This document shows, piece after piece, positions 18,646 to 28,337 of a stretch of 44,132 bases of DNA. Every line of letters begins with the position of its first letter. Position 1 is the first letter of the stretch. Below the pieces are notes generated by a model. It ran no database searches, was not told the origin of the DNA, and saw only the letters and a program-made list of their open reading frames with translations. The translations under genes were made by a program, and so were the position numbers. Source of the stretch: Gemmatimonadaceae bacterium (GTDB lineage Bacteria; Gemmatimonadota; Gemmatimonadetes; Gemmatimonadales; Gemmatimonadaceae); contig DATEDH010000120.1 of NCBI GenBank assembly GCA_035281765.1, forward strand, positions 1 through 44,132, written 5' to 3'.

Positions 18646-20139
18646 ATGTCAAAGCTGATATTCGCTCTGTTTATCATCCCGCCGGCCCTGTTTGCGCAGG
18701 AACATTCGCACCAGCCGGCCGAGCGGCTCGGCACCGTCCACTTCCAGACGTCCTGCAGTCCCCAGGCCGCGCCTCAATTCAACCGTGCTGTCGCGCTGCT
18801 CCATTCGTTCGAGTTCGGCGCGTCGATCAAAGGATTCAATCAGGCAATAGCAGCTGATTCAACCTGTGCAATGGCCTACTGGGGCATTGCGCTAAGCCAA
18901 TGGGGCAATCCCATGTCGGTAGCCAACAGGCCGAATGCACTGCTCTCGGCGGGGGCTAAAGCAATCGACGCTGCCCGCCGCATTGCGTCTCATTCCACTG
19001 AAAGAGAAAAGGCGTACATAAACGCCGCTGCAAAACTTTTCGAAGGATCGGACCACGTCGCTCAAGACGTCCGTGTCAGAGCATATGAGCGCGCGATGAG
19101 TAATGTGGTCGAGTCAAATCCTGCGGATACCGAAGCAAAGATATTCTACGCACTCTCGATCGTCGCAGCAGCGCCTTCCAATGACAAATCGTACGCAAGC
19201 CAGAAAAAGGCAGCGTCGATTCTCGAGCCGTTGTGGAAGCAGCAGCCAGATCATCCCGGTCTCGCGCACTACATCATCCACACGTTCGATTATCCGTCGC
19301 TCGCAAAGCGTGGATCAGATGCAGCCCGCGAATACGCGGTCATCGCACCGTCTACAGCTCACGCGATGCACATGCCATCTCATATCTTCACGAGAACCGG
19401 CATGTGGAAAGAGTCAATCGACACAAATCTCAAGTCGATGCGCCTTGCAGAGGAATCAGGATCGATAGCGGAAGCGCTGCACGCTGCTGATTATGCCGAG
19501 TACGCATACTTACAGCTCGGTCGTGATGCCGAAGCGAAGCGCATTGTCGATAAGCTTCCGCAGCTCGCAGCCCGGTTTGATGTGAATGCGGTTACGGGAG
19601 CGGCTCCAGGATCGGCTGGCGTCTTTGCACTCGCTGCGATTCCAGCGAGATATGCGCTGGAGCGGAATGCATGGTCTGAAGCCGCAGATCTAACGCCCGC
19701 GCCGAGCAGTTTTCGCTGGACTGACGCTTTGACGTGGTTTGCGCGCGCGCTTGGGGCATCCCATCTGCGCGACACAGCTCGCGCGCGTACCGCGGTCGAC
19801 TCACTGGAAGCAATCAGGAATCAGCTCGCAGGCACAGGTGAGCCTTACTGGACCGAGCAGGTTGCGATACAATCGCTCGGCGCTCGGGCATGGCTGGATC
19901 TCGCGAGAGGAAAGAAGGATTCCGCCGAATCCCTGATGCGCGAGGCGGTGCGCCGTGAAAATGCTACTGAAAAAAGCGCCGTAACCCCTGGCCCACTCGC
20001 TCCTGCTCGCGAGCTCCTTGCCGACATGCTGATGGCGATGGGCCGCAAGCAGGAAGCAATCGTTGAGTATCGCAAGACTCTCGAGGTAGAACCTTCAAGG
20101 CGCCGTTCTCTCGAAGGCGCACGTCTGGCACAACACTGA
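18646..20139 (+). CDS. Secreted TPR-repeat protein
   Basis: ATG 18646 follows GGAG. Signal peptide, LGTVHFQTSC, AMAYWGIA and HPGLAHYIIH, with TPR-like helices. Confidence 0.85.
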   Translation: MSKLIFALFIIPPALFAQEHSHQPAERLGTVHFQTSCSPQAAPQFNRAVALLHSFEFGASIKGFNQAIAADSTCAMAYWGIALSQWGNPMSVANRPNALLSAGAKAIDAARRIASHSTEREKAYINAAAKLFEGSDHVAQDVRVRAYERAMSNVVESNPADTEAKIFYALSIVAAAPSNDKSYASQKKAASILEPLWKQQPDHPGLAHYIIHTFDYPSLAKRGSDAAREYAVIAPSTAHAMHMPSHIFTRTGMWKESIDTNLKSMRLAEESGSIAEALHAADYAEYAYLQLGRDAEAKRIVDKLPQLAARFDVNAVTGAAPGSAGVFALAAIPARYALERNAWSEAADLTPAPSSFRWTDALTWFARALGASHLRDTARARTAVDSLEAIRNQLAGTGEPYWTEQVAIQSLGARAWLDLARGKKDSAESLMREAVRRENATEKSAVTPGPLAPARELLADMLMAMGRKQEAIVEYRKTLEVEPSRRRSLEGARLAQH

Positions 20140-20143
20140 GCTA

Positions 20144-20578
20144 ATGGAACCGATGATAACTGATGATGCCGCTTCAAATACAAAAACGATAATCGACCGG
20201 GCGTACCAGCTCATCTCGGGACCTGCCGGCGAGCCACGCGACTGGGATTCGTGGCGCAAGCTGCACGACGCTGGAGCACGACTCATTCCGATCGAAGGCG
20301 AGAAGCGAATCGCGAATGTCATGACTCCAGAGCAATTCATCGCGTCGCGCAGCATTTTTTTTGAGACCACCAGCTTTTATGAGTGGGAATCAGCCCGCAG
20401 CGAGATACACTTTGGCCGCCTCGCTCACGTATGGAGTGAGTACATAGCGGCGCACGAGCCAGGTGGCGCGCCCATCAGGAAAGGAGTAAACAGCATCCAG
20501 CTGTGGAACGACGGCACGCGCTGGTGGATTCTCTCCGTTGCGTGGGATGCAATCGAAGCGCTCGACGTATCCAGGTAA
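20144..20578 (+). CDS. NTF2/SnoaL-like protein
   Basis: ISGPAGEPRDW, FGRLAHVWSEY, GVNSIQL and RWWILS. Confidence 0.8.
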   Translation: MEPMITDDAASNTKTIIDRAYQLISGPAGEPRDWDSWRKLHDAGARLIPIEGEKRIANVMTPEQFIASRSIFFETTSFYEWESARSEIHFGRLAHVWSEYIAAHEPGGAPIRKGVNSIQLWNDGTRWWILSVAWDAIEALDVSR

Positions 20579-20584
20579 ACTGCG

Positions 20585-21508
20585 ATGCGTATCGTTGTAA
20601 TCGGTGGAACAGGACACATCGGGACATGGCTCGTGCCTCGACTTGTTCGTTCCGGCCACGATGTCGTCGTTGTCTCTCGAGGAACGCGGCATCCCTATCA
20701 AACCAGCGATGAATGGGAGAACAGCGATCACGTTGTGATAGATCGCGAAAGCACGGAACAGGATGGGACGTTCGGCAGCCGCGTTCGAGCGTTGCGGCCG
20801 GACGCCGTGATCGATCTCATCTGCTTCGATCGTGCGTCGGCCGCTCACCTTGTCGATGCGCTTCGTGATGATGTCGGGCACTTCATTCATTGCGGAACGC
20901 TCTGGGTTCATGGTGTTCCGGTGTCGAGACCTTACGACGAAACTGCACCGCGACAACCATTCGGCGATTACGGCATTCGAAAGGCAGAGATTGAAGAATT
21001 TTTATTGAGTGAAGCACGAACTGGGTTTCCTGCGACGATCCTGCATCCCGGTCATATCACCGGACCGGGGTGGAATCCAATCAATCCCGCGGGACATCTC
21101 GACATGCGCGTGTTCGAACAATTGCGCAACGGCTCGACCGTTGTCCTTCCCGAGGACGGAAGCGCGACGCTTCAGCACGTTCATGCAGACGATGTCGCCG
21201 CTGCATTCGCTCTGGCAATTGCGCAGCCGGCGGGCTCGATTGGCGAAGCGTTTCATGTTGCATCACGAGAGCCCGTAACGATGGCATCCTATGCACGAAC
21301 GGTCGCGGGATGGTTTGGCCGCGAAGCAGTGCTGGAGTTCCTTCCGTGGGAAGAATGGCGAATGGGCGTAACCAATCGCGACGCCGAGCTTACTGAGGAT
21401 CACATGCGTCATTCACCTTGCGCCAGTATTGCGAAAGCAGAACGTGTTCTTGGATTCAGTCCGCGATACACTGCTGTGGAAGCAGTGCGCGAAGCCCTGC
21501 TGGGTTAG
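20585..21508 (+). CDS. NAD-dependent epimerase/dehydratase (extended SDR)
   Basis: GGTGHIG Rossmann motif, YGIRK catalytic motif and HVHADDVA. Confidence 0.9.
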   Translation: MRIVVIGGTGHIGTWLVPRLVRSGHDVVVVSRGTRHPYQTSDEWENSDHVVIDRESTEQDGTFGSRVRALRPDAVIDLICFDRASAAHLVDALRDDVGHFIHCGTLWVHGVPVSRPYDETAPRQPFGDYGIRKAEIEEFLLSEARTGFPATILHPGHITGPGWNPINPAGHLDMRVFEQLRNGSTVVLPEDGSATLQHVHADDVAAAFALAIAQPAGSIGEAFHVASREPVTMASYARTVAGWFGREAVLEFLPWEEWRMGVTNRDAELTEDHMRHSPCASIAKAERVLGFSPRYTAVEAVREALLG

Positions 21509-21942
21509 CCTGCTACGCCTTCCCTGCCGCGGACGTTCATGATCGTCGCGATCATTACGGCGACATTGCGTTCGGAGCCGCCTTTGAGTGCAACGACATC
21601 GGCCTGACATATACTCAGTGTTCGCCCTGACTTGATGACGCGTCCCCGTGCGAGAAGTGTCTCGCCTGCACCGGGCGCCATGAGATTGATCTTGAATTCG
21701 ACAGCGAGAACTCCGCAGTCGCTGTCGAGTAAAGTCAGCGCAGCGTAACCACATGCGCTGTCCGCAATCGAAGCGATTGCGCCTGCATGAACGAACCCAT
21801 GCTGCTGGCTTATTTCCGGCCTTATGGGAAGCGCGATATCGACTTCTCCAGGCGCGACACGCTCGACGCGCGCGCCCAGAGTCGACATGAGATTCTGCCG
21901 GCTGAAGCTGTCTCGAACTCGTTGCCCGATGTCATTGCTCAT
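21505..21942 (-). CDS. PaaI family thioesterase
   Basis: QQHGFVHAGAIASIADSACG and EFKINLMAP. Confidence 0.92.
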   Translation of the reverse strand: MSNDIGQRVRDSFSRQNLMSTLGARVERVAPGEVDIALPIRPEISQQHGFVHAGAIASIADSACGYAALTLLDSDCGVLAVEFKINLMAPGAGETLLARGRVIKSGRTLSICQADVVALKGGSERNVAVMIATIMNVRGREGVAG

Positions 21943-21954
21943 CGGGAGAAAGTT

Positions 21955-22860
21955 CTAGCGATTCAGCAGGAGCGCAACAAGCAGATCATCCCACCGGAAG
22001 TCACGATTGGTATCCACGAGCTCGGCAACCGGATATTGTCCTGAATTGACGAGCAACATCTGCGGTCCGGTCTGCTGCGAAACCCATCGGCCGGTCAGCG
22101 GCTCTGCAAACCCAAGCTCAACTGCGTGCAGAGCTAGTCGATTGTAGGCATTCGTGCCGAGTATCGTTTGAAGGAGTGTGCCGGCGATGGTGGGCTGATA
22201 CACCGCCTGCGGATATACAAAATCTCCGAGGTCGGTTGTGCGTCCCCATCTATAATCGTCGTAGTCGCCGAGCCCGAATCCTTTATCGAGACACCATTGT
22301 CTTCCCCACACCGGATGACCTGCGCCCGACCTGCAGAAGCTTGGCGCTCCCTGCTTCACATCGTCGTCAAGTAATCCTACTCGCCATTTGCCGAGCTCGC
22401 GTGCCTCGTTGTCAGTAAGATAGAGAAGCGGTGTGCCGGAGCGATTCACAACCACGACTCGATCACCTGAGTCTTCAAAGCGAAAGTCGCTGCCGTGTCC
22501 GCGCGACGATGCGCGCGCGATCGCCGCGGTCGCCAGCACCGCGTGCGCGCGCATGCGACCGTTGCCGTTGCTCATCTTCGATACGCCTTTCATCGAGGCG
22601 TTATTCGATTTGGCGCTACCGGGCCCTTTTGCCTGAGAATTTCCGCGGCCGGAGTTCTGCGGTTTTGATTTTTCCGGACCGCGTCCCTTGTCCGCCGAGT
22701 TGCCCTTGCCTGGCTTGGAAGGCTGGCCGCTCTGCGCCTTTCCTTTCCCGTTGCCCTGCCCTTTGCCGCCGCCTTTACCCTGGGCGGTTGCATCGTAGTT
22801 CAAGCCACCGAGTGCCAGAGCAATTCCCGCGGCGTAAAGTGCGATTTTGTTTCGCAGCAT
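21955..22860 (-). CDS. Secreted hypothetical protein with a Gly/Lys/Asn low-complexity region
   Basis: GGAG SD, signal peptide, GKG repeats and a PSFCRSGAGHPVWGRQWC motif. Confidence 0.8.
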   Translation of the reverse strand: MLRNKIALYAAGIALALGGLNYDATAQGKGGGKGQGNGKGKAQSGQPSKPGKGNSADKGRGPEKSKPQNSGRGNSQAKGPGSAKSNNASMKGVSKMSNGNGRMRAHAVLATAAIARASSRGHGSDFRFEDSGDRVVVVNRSGTPLLYLTDNEARELGKWRVGLLDDDVKQGAPSFCRSGAGHPVWGRQWCLDKGFGLGDYDDYRWGRTTDLGDFVYPQAVYQPTIAGTLLQTILGTNAYNRLALHAVELGFAEPLTGRWVSQQTGPQMLLVNSGQYPVAELVDTNRDFRWDDLLVALLLNR

Positions 22861-23017
22861 GATGGTCTCCCTGAATCGTGCGGCTTGAACAGGGCAAGCA
22901 TCCTGCCACGCAAAAATGTTTATCGACAGCCTGGGGAACAGGCAGCCGTCATCACTCGCTAACGCGAGGGATCAGATTGTTGGGTGTAGATCTCGATACG
23001 AGATGGATCGAAAAGCG

Positions 23018-23497
23018 CTACTGCGCTGCGCGCGCCGCCTGTGCGATTTGGGTCTCGAGCAGACCATGGCAAAGCTCGACGAGACCAGCAGTGTCGAACA
23101 GCTTGCCATTCTCATCACGCCAGGTCGCACCGTCTACAGTCGCCTCGATCGGATACATGATCCGCTGGGAAACGAGCGTTGCGTGCGCCGCCTTTCTATA
23201 GGATGCGCCACCGCGCGAAACGACGCCGTCCCAGACACTCACATGAAGCTCGCCAAGGGAATCGACGCGATTGTCGGAGAACCAGGATACGCTGAGCGCC
23301 GCACGAACTGCCTGGAGCACGCATCCGCGGGGAGTCCGGTGCTGCTCGATTCGCTGCCGGACATCGTCGCCGCGTTTTACGACGCGCTCCGGTGCCAGCG
23401 TAGAAAGAAGTGCCGAGACTGAGCGCTGCACTGCGCTCTTTTCCTTCTGGGTGAGTGCGCTGTTCCAGCCGGGCCGGCTCTTTTCCTGTTCTATCAT
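23018..23497 (-). CDS. Hypothetical protein
   Basis: Fills the gap on the same strand as its neighbours, with a plausible alpha/beta pattern. No motif recognised. Confidence 0.65.
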   Translation of the reverse strand: MIEQEKSRPGWNSALTQKEKSAVQRSVSALLSTLAPERVVKRGDDVRQRIEQHRTPRGCVLQAVRAALSVSWFSDNRVDSLGELHVSVWDGVVSRGGASYRKAAHATLVSQRIMYPIEATVDGATWRDENGKLFDTAGLVELCHGLLETQIAQAARAAQ

Positions 23498-23631
23498 TTA
23501 TCCCCGAAATAAGGCCTATGTGAATATAGTCGGTCGCGCACCCTCTTTGTCGTTTTGGCTCGCCAAACACCAATAAATCGACAGAATGGCCCTTATTAGC
23601 GTCCGATCGGTCTCTTTTCCTTGCTCTGTAA

Positions 23632-24108
23632 TCAGCCGCGCTCGTAGAACGGCGGAGGATCGATGCCGAGTGCGCGCAGGTAGACGTATCCCTGGCCGCG
23701 GTGGTGGACTTCGTTGTCGATGATGTAGAGCAGTAGATCATATACAGGCATCGTCCATTGTCCGAACGCCGTATCGGTCTCCTGAAATCGGCCTTCCGGA
23801 ATCTTGTTCCAGAGCTCGTTGATTTCCTGAGTGGCTGCATCCCATCGCTCGAGCAGCTCGGCCTTTGTCGATGGCTTGGGGCTCTTGTCATCCATCGCCC
23901 ATTCCCGTCGAACGACTCCCTTCAAGGTCGGCGTGGCCATTCCGAGAAATTCCATCGCCAGCTCCGAAAAGGGACGCATTCCGCCGATCGTGAAGTTGAA
24001 CAGATCCGTTTCCGGAAATGCCTCGATCATCCTGCGGGTAAGCGCGCGATGCCCCTGCCAGTGTTTCAACAGGGCATCGGGGGTGATTACCACTTCTGAT
24101 TCAGCCAC
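23632..24108 (-). CDS. DinB family protein
   Basis: GTG 24108 follows GAGG. HRALTRR, GGMRPFSEL and DNEVHHRGQGYVYLRALG motifs. Confidence 0.9.
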   Translation of the reverse strand: MAESEVVITPDALLKHWQGHRALTRRMIEAFPETDLFNFTIGGMRPFSELAMEFLGMATPTLKGVVRREWAMDDKSPKPSTKAELLERWDAATQEINELWNKIPEGRFQETDTAFGQWTMPVYDLLLYIIDNEVHHRGQGYVYLRALGIDPPPFYERG

Positions 24109-24148
24109 AGCTTTCCTCGAGTTGAACGGTGATTGTGCCAAATCTACA

Positions 24149-25342
24149 TCACGCAATATCACGCAGCACCTCGAGGCATCGATCGATCTCTTCTTCAGTA
24201 TTGTAGTAATGGGGCGAGATGCGAACTGCGGATTCGACCTTGCGTCCGCCGAAGTCGAGCAATCCGTACCACTTCAAGCTCGCCGTTGTATTGATCGATT
24301 GCTTCCCGAGTTTCTTCACGATTTCGCGCGCATCCTGTTCTGCAAACGCTGCCGTCACGATTGCGCACTGATTCGCTCCCCTGTCGAGCACGATTGCTCC
24401 GTCGATTGAGCGAATCCCTTCGCGCAATCGAGCAGCAAGCGAAAATGCGCGCGCTCCGGCACGAGCTACGCCGACTTTCATAGCGTACCGCGCGGCTGCA
24501 CCAAGACCGAGCACAAGTGCATATGGAAATTCCCAGTCTTCATATCGTCTTGCGTCACTCGCGACCTCGTATTGATCGGATGCCGTCCACGTCGCGCCGC
24601 GCATGTCGACGTAAAGCGGATGATCGCCGCGCTGCATCGCGCGATCAGATGCATACAGAAAACCAATGCCGCGAGGACCCCGCAGAAATTTTCTTGCGGT
24701 CGCGGAGAGGTAATCGCATTTCAGACGACTGACGTCGATTGGAATCTGTCCGACTGCCTGGCATGCATCGACGAGATATGGAACGCCGACGTCCTCGCAG
24801 ATGTCGCCAATTCTTTCGACATCCTGCATCAATCCGGAGTGTGTCGGGATCCATGACACGTGCACGAGGCGGCAGCGTGGATCTTTCGCGAGATCGCGAA
24901 CCGACTGCGGATCGACTCCACCCTCGGCCAGATCCTCAGCATGCTTGACGACCACGCCGAGTCTCTTTGCGAGTGAGAGGTACATGATCTGGTACGACGT
25001 GTAGTCCGCGCGGGTGGTGACGATGACATCACCCGGTGTGAAATCGAATGAGGAAAGTGCCTGTATGAATGCGGCGGTCGCGTTCGCGGCTATCGCGATG
25101 TTGCGCGCGGGCGCGTTGACAAGTGTGCCGACGTCTTCATATACCCGCGCAATCTTCTCCTTCCGCGCATCCGATGCTTCGTAGCCACCGATCTCAGCCT
25201 CGAGCTCGAGGTGTTCCTTGCACGCATCTAGCACTGGCTGCGGCATCAACCCAGCACCGGCATTGTTGAGATGAATGCGATGGGCGGTGCCCGGCGTATC
25301 GCTGCGCCATCGTTCCAGCTGCTCGGATGAGATTTCTGTCAC
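24149..25342 (-). CDS. Class V aminotransferase / C-S lyase-like PLP enzyme
   Basis: HLNNAGAG, VDACQAVGQ, ATARKFLRGPRG and VRISPHYYN. Confidence 0.9.
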   Translation of the reverse strand: MTEISSEQLERWRSDTPGTAHRIHLNNAGAGLMPQPVLDACKEHLELEAEIGGYEASDARKEKIARVYEDVGTLVNAPARNIAIAANATAAFIQALSSFDFTPGDVIVTTRADYTSYQIMYLSLAKRLGVVVKHAEDLAEGGVDPQSVRDLAKDPRCRLVHVSWIPTHSGLMQDVERIGDICEDVGVPYLVDACQAVGQIPIDVSRLKCDYLSATARKFLRGPRGIGFLYASDRAMQRGDHPLYVDMRGATWTASDQYEVASDARRYEDWEFPYALVLGLGAAARYAMKVGVARAGARAFSLAARLREGIRSIDGAIVLDRGANQCAIVTAAFAEQDAREIVKKLGKQSINTTASLKWYGLLDFGGRKVESAVRISPHYYNTEEEIDRCLEVLRDIA

Positions 25343-25362
25343 ATTCGCTTCCCGAACCCGCG

Positions 25363-25782
25363 TCAGGCCGGCCAGGAGAATCGGAAGATGCCGTCAGCGC
25401 TGACAGAATCACGGAACTCCTCGAAGTCGCTGTTGCCGAGTGAGAGATTGTTCTCCACGCATCCGGCGGATGCAGCAGCAACGCGAAACGTAGTGACTTT
25501 CTCATCGAAGAGATCGACGGCCAGCAGCGGCATGTCCGGGTGCTTGAATGTTTCCTCATCTGCCAGAAACATGAAGGTGTGACCCGACTCGGGCTGGATC
25601 AGCAATGGTATGTCTTCCGGCTTGACACCGGCGAGCTCCGGATCGCTGAGGTAATTGAGATTAGCGAGGAAGATATCGTAGTGAACCTGCGCGAGAACCG
25701 TGCGCAGTGTCTCCCAGCTCGTGTCATCGGAAAAATCGGTGCGGAGGACCAGGGCATTGTCCATTTCCGGTATCCGGTACAT
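25363..25782 (-). CDS. DUF6924-like acidic protein
   Basis: LVLRTDFSDDTSW...VENNLSLGNSDFEEF...DGIFR. The start may be the second Met. Confidence 0.75.
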   Translation of the reverse strand: MYRIPEMDNALVLRTDFSDDTSWETLRTVLAQVHYDIFLANLNYLSDPELAGVKPEDIPLLIQPESGHTFMFLADEETFKHPDMPLLAVDLFDEKVTTFRVAAASAGCVENNLSLGNSDFEEFRDSVSADGIFRFSWPA

Positions 25783-25809
25783 CAGCAGGAAGAAGTCATT
25801 CGTGGAAGT

Positions 25810-27354
25810 CTACCAGTCTGTGTCACGGTAATCCTTCAGAAAGCGGCCCCATACGTGCTCACCGGTGTTGAATCCGGAGATGATCGGGTCCACGATTCTC
25901 GCCGCCCCATCCACTATGTCAAGCGGCGGATGAAACCTGTGCTCGGCAGTTTTCTTCGCGGCGATTTCTTCAGGATCTTCATCGGTGATCCAGCCTGTGT
26001 CGACACTGTTCATGTGGATGCCGCTCAGCATGTAATCTTTTGCCGAGGTCCGGGTCATCATGTTCAACGCCGCCTTCGCCATGTTCGTGTGCGGATGCCG
26101 CGTCGTCTTGAACGAGCGATAGAACTGGCCTTCCATTGCCGAGACGTTGACAATGTGCTTGTCGCGTTCAGGAGTGCGCAGCATCAGCGGCTTTAGCCGC
26201 GCGTTGAGTACGAAGGGAGCGACAGCGTTGACGAGATGCACCTCGAGGAGCTCGACCGAAGGAACCTCGTCCATTTGAAGCCGCCATGAGTTGCGCCCTC
26301 GCAGATCGATCTGCTGAAGGTCCTGATCGAGCTGACCTTGTGGAAACAGCGCGTGCGATTCGGTGTCGTCGTCGGGAACCAACAGCGCGTCAACTTCGCC
26401 TGCAAGCTGCGGGAGTGGAACGCCCGCACCTGCAAGAGACCTCACAGGTTCGGTGTGGTGAGAAAGCAGTGCTTCATAGGATTCGAGAAGTCGTCGCACA
26501 TCGCTTCGCATTCCTGCGATCGACGCCACTTCGGCATCATGCATGTGCGCATAAAATTCCCTCGGCCGTCGTACCGTCTGACATGCGTTGTTGATGATGA
26601 AGTCGAGACGGTCTCTCGTGTCGAGCATCTCCTTGCAGAATATCTCGACGCTGGGGGTGTGCTTGAGGTCGAGCCCGAAAATTTCGAGGCGGTCGCTCCA
26701 TTCATTGAAGTCCGGCTCGCGCGAATAGCGCGCGGCAGAATCGCGCGGGAATCTTGTAGTGACAATGAGATGTGCGCCCGCGCGAAGGAGCTTGATTCCC
26801 GCCTGGTATCCGATCTTTACGCGGCCTCCGGTAAGAAGCGCGACACGTCCTGAGAGATCCGCGGTTTCGGAGCGCTTCCGGAAATTGAGCTCAGCGCATT
26901 CGGGGCAAAGATGATCGTAGAAATGATGGATCGACGTGTATGTTCGCTTGCACACGTAGCAGTTGCGCGCTCCGCCCGCATCGCTGAACTGCGGCTCTGT
27001 CGCTGTTTCCTCGCCGGCACGTGGCGGAAAGTACTTCGGCGTAATGAATACCGATTCGCGTCTCGATCTCCGAATGCCTGTATCAGCGAGAACCGATTCT
27101 TCGCGTCTTACCCGCTCTGCCTTCCTCTTGCGCTTGCTGACTTTCAGAAGTCTTCGGCGATCTATTACATCGGGACGCGAAACCTGACCGGCTGCCTGCA
27201 GCAGCCGGTTTCGCGTTTGGACGTCGACTTCAGCGAGGATCGCGCGATCTGCAACGATTTCCTCGAGAAGCTCAGTTGCCCGGTTTATCCTCCGCTCGAG
27301 AGCATCGGACTCCGTGTCGGGCCTCGGTGTTGTCAGCGGCGTATGGTTGTCCAT
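25810..27354 (-). CDS. SDR-family oxidoreductase with an N-terminal Cys4 ribbon
   Basis: CYVC...[21 protein letters not shown] and HTNMAKAA. Confidence 0.88.
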   Translation of the reverse strand: MDNHTPLTTPRPDTESDALERRINRATELLEEIVADRAILAEVDVQTRNRLLQAAGQVSRPDVIDRRRLLKVSKRKRKAERVRREESVLADTGIRRSRRESVFITPKYFPPRAGEETATEPQFSDAGGARNCYVCKRTYTSIHHFYDHLCPECAELNFRKRSETADLSGRVALLTGGRVKIGYQAGIKLLRAGAHLIVTTRFPRDSAARYSREPDFNEWSDRLEIFGLDLKHTPSVEIFCKEMLDTRDRLDFIINNACQTVRRPREFYAHMHDAEVASIAGMRSDVRRLLESYEALLSHHTEPVRSLAGAGVPLPQLAGEVDALLVPDDDTESHALFPQGQLDQDLQQIDLRGRNSWRLQMDEVPSVELLEVHLVNAVAPFVLNARLKPLMLRTPERDKHIVNVSAMEGQFYRSFKTTRHPHTNMAKAALNMMTRTSAKDYMLSGIHMNSVDTGWITDEDPEEIAAKKTAEHRFHPPLDIVDGAARIVDPIISGFNTGEHVWGRFLKDYRDTDW

Positions 27355-27495
27355 GCCGCAATTTAAAGCTCACTCGCGCGGGAGGTACTCGAGCACGAAT
27401 AACATCACACCCCTGCGGTGACACGATCCCGCAAAAGCGCCCGACGTTCGCATCCTTCAGTCTGAAATCAACGAACCCGGCCTGTGGGTGAAGGT

Positions 27496-28221
27496 CTAAT
27501 CTTCAGCGAGACTTCCGCTGCTCATGTATGGCATGAAGAAAAGCTCCCTGCCGGCGATGATCCGCCATGATCCATCTGGCCGTCTGCGGCAGGTCACGGT
27601 GTGCAGACGTGAGCGATGCGCCAGCTCGCGACTGAGCTCTCGTTCGTCTGCGGGAATCGTGTAGCTATCGCTGTCATCCTCGTCGACGATTTCGTCCCTC
27701 TCCCAGTGATCGCGACATACGACGTGGGCGAACTCATCACCATCGCGCACGGAGCCAAGTACAGTGTAGCGCAGCCGAAGTGTGGGGCTGGTTTTGCGGA
27801 TTTCGACAACCTCCATCCCGGGGATCGGCTCCCACGTGCTCGACGCGTATTCGCCGGTCTCATCCAGCATTTTCGACTGCAGCCATCGCCGCAGCACTTC
27901 GCCGGCATCCAGCGATCTCAATTCCTGCACGCTCGATATGGTGGGGATTTCGAGCTTGAGCCTCGCCTCAGGGTCGAGTCTGCTTTTCTGTAACGCCTCG
28001 AAGTTATACTCGGCGACTGCCCGCGGAACGTCGGGAATCTGGCTCATGAAGTCTTCGAGAGTTATGTCGTCTCCCGCGAGAGGCTCCTTGAACTGCCACT
28101 CGAGGTCCCGCTTGAACGCATTGACGCTGACGGGATCGAACAGCGGAACGAATGCATTCCAGTCGCGCCGCGACAGCGCTGCGATTGCGTCTGTTACAAT
28201 CTGAGCTGGATGAGCCACCAT
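27496..28221 (-). CDS. Hypothetical acidic protein, possibly NTF2-like with an insertion
   Basis: GAGG SD. Begins AIAALSRRDWNAFVPLFD and ends RRPDGSWRI. Confidence 0.7.
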   Translation of the reverse strand: MVAHPAQIVTDAIAALSRRDWNAFVPLFDPVSVNAFKRDLEWQFKEPLAGDDITLEDFMSQIPDVPRAVAEYNFEALQKSRLDPEARLKLEIPTISSVQELRSLDAGEVLRRWLQSKMLDETGEYASSTWEPIPGMEVVEIRKTSPTLRLRYTVLGSVRDGDEFAHVVCRDHWERDEIVDEDDSDSYTIPADERELSRELAHRSRLHTVTCRRRPDGSWRIIAGRELFFMPYMSSGSLAED

Positions 28222-28337
28222 GCGCCTCGGTTTATTGACCCGCCAATGATCGTCAGCGACCCGCGCATCGTCGTCATCGATCCTTTAGGACTGTCATCCA
28301 TTTGTTGCGGGACGGGCAAGCCGCCGATCCCTTGGAC

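Noticed and set aside
27360-27495. Possible gene remnant in the intergenic gap (minus-strand ...VMLFVLEYLPRE*)
   Set aside because: It is too short and has no recognisable homology, so it cannot be supported as a pseudogene.
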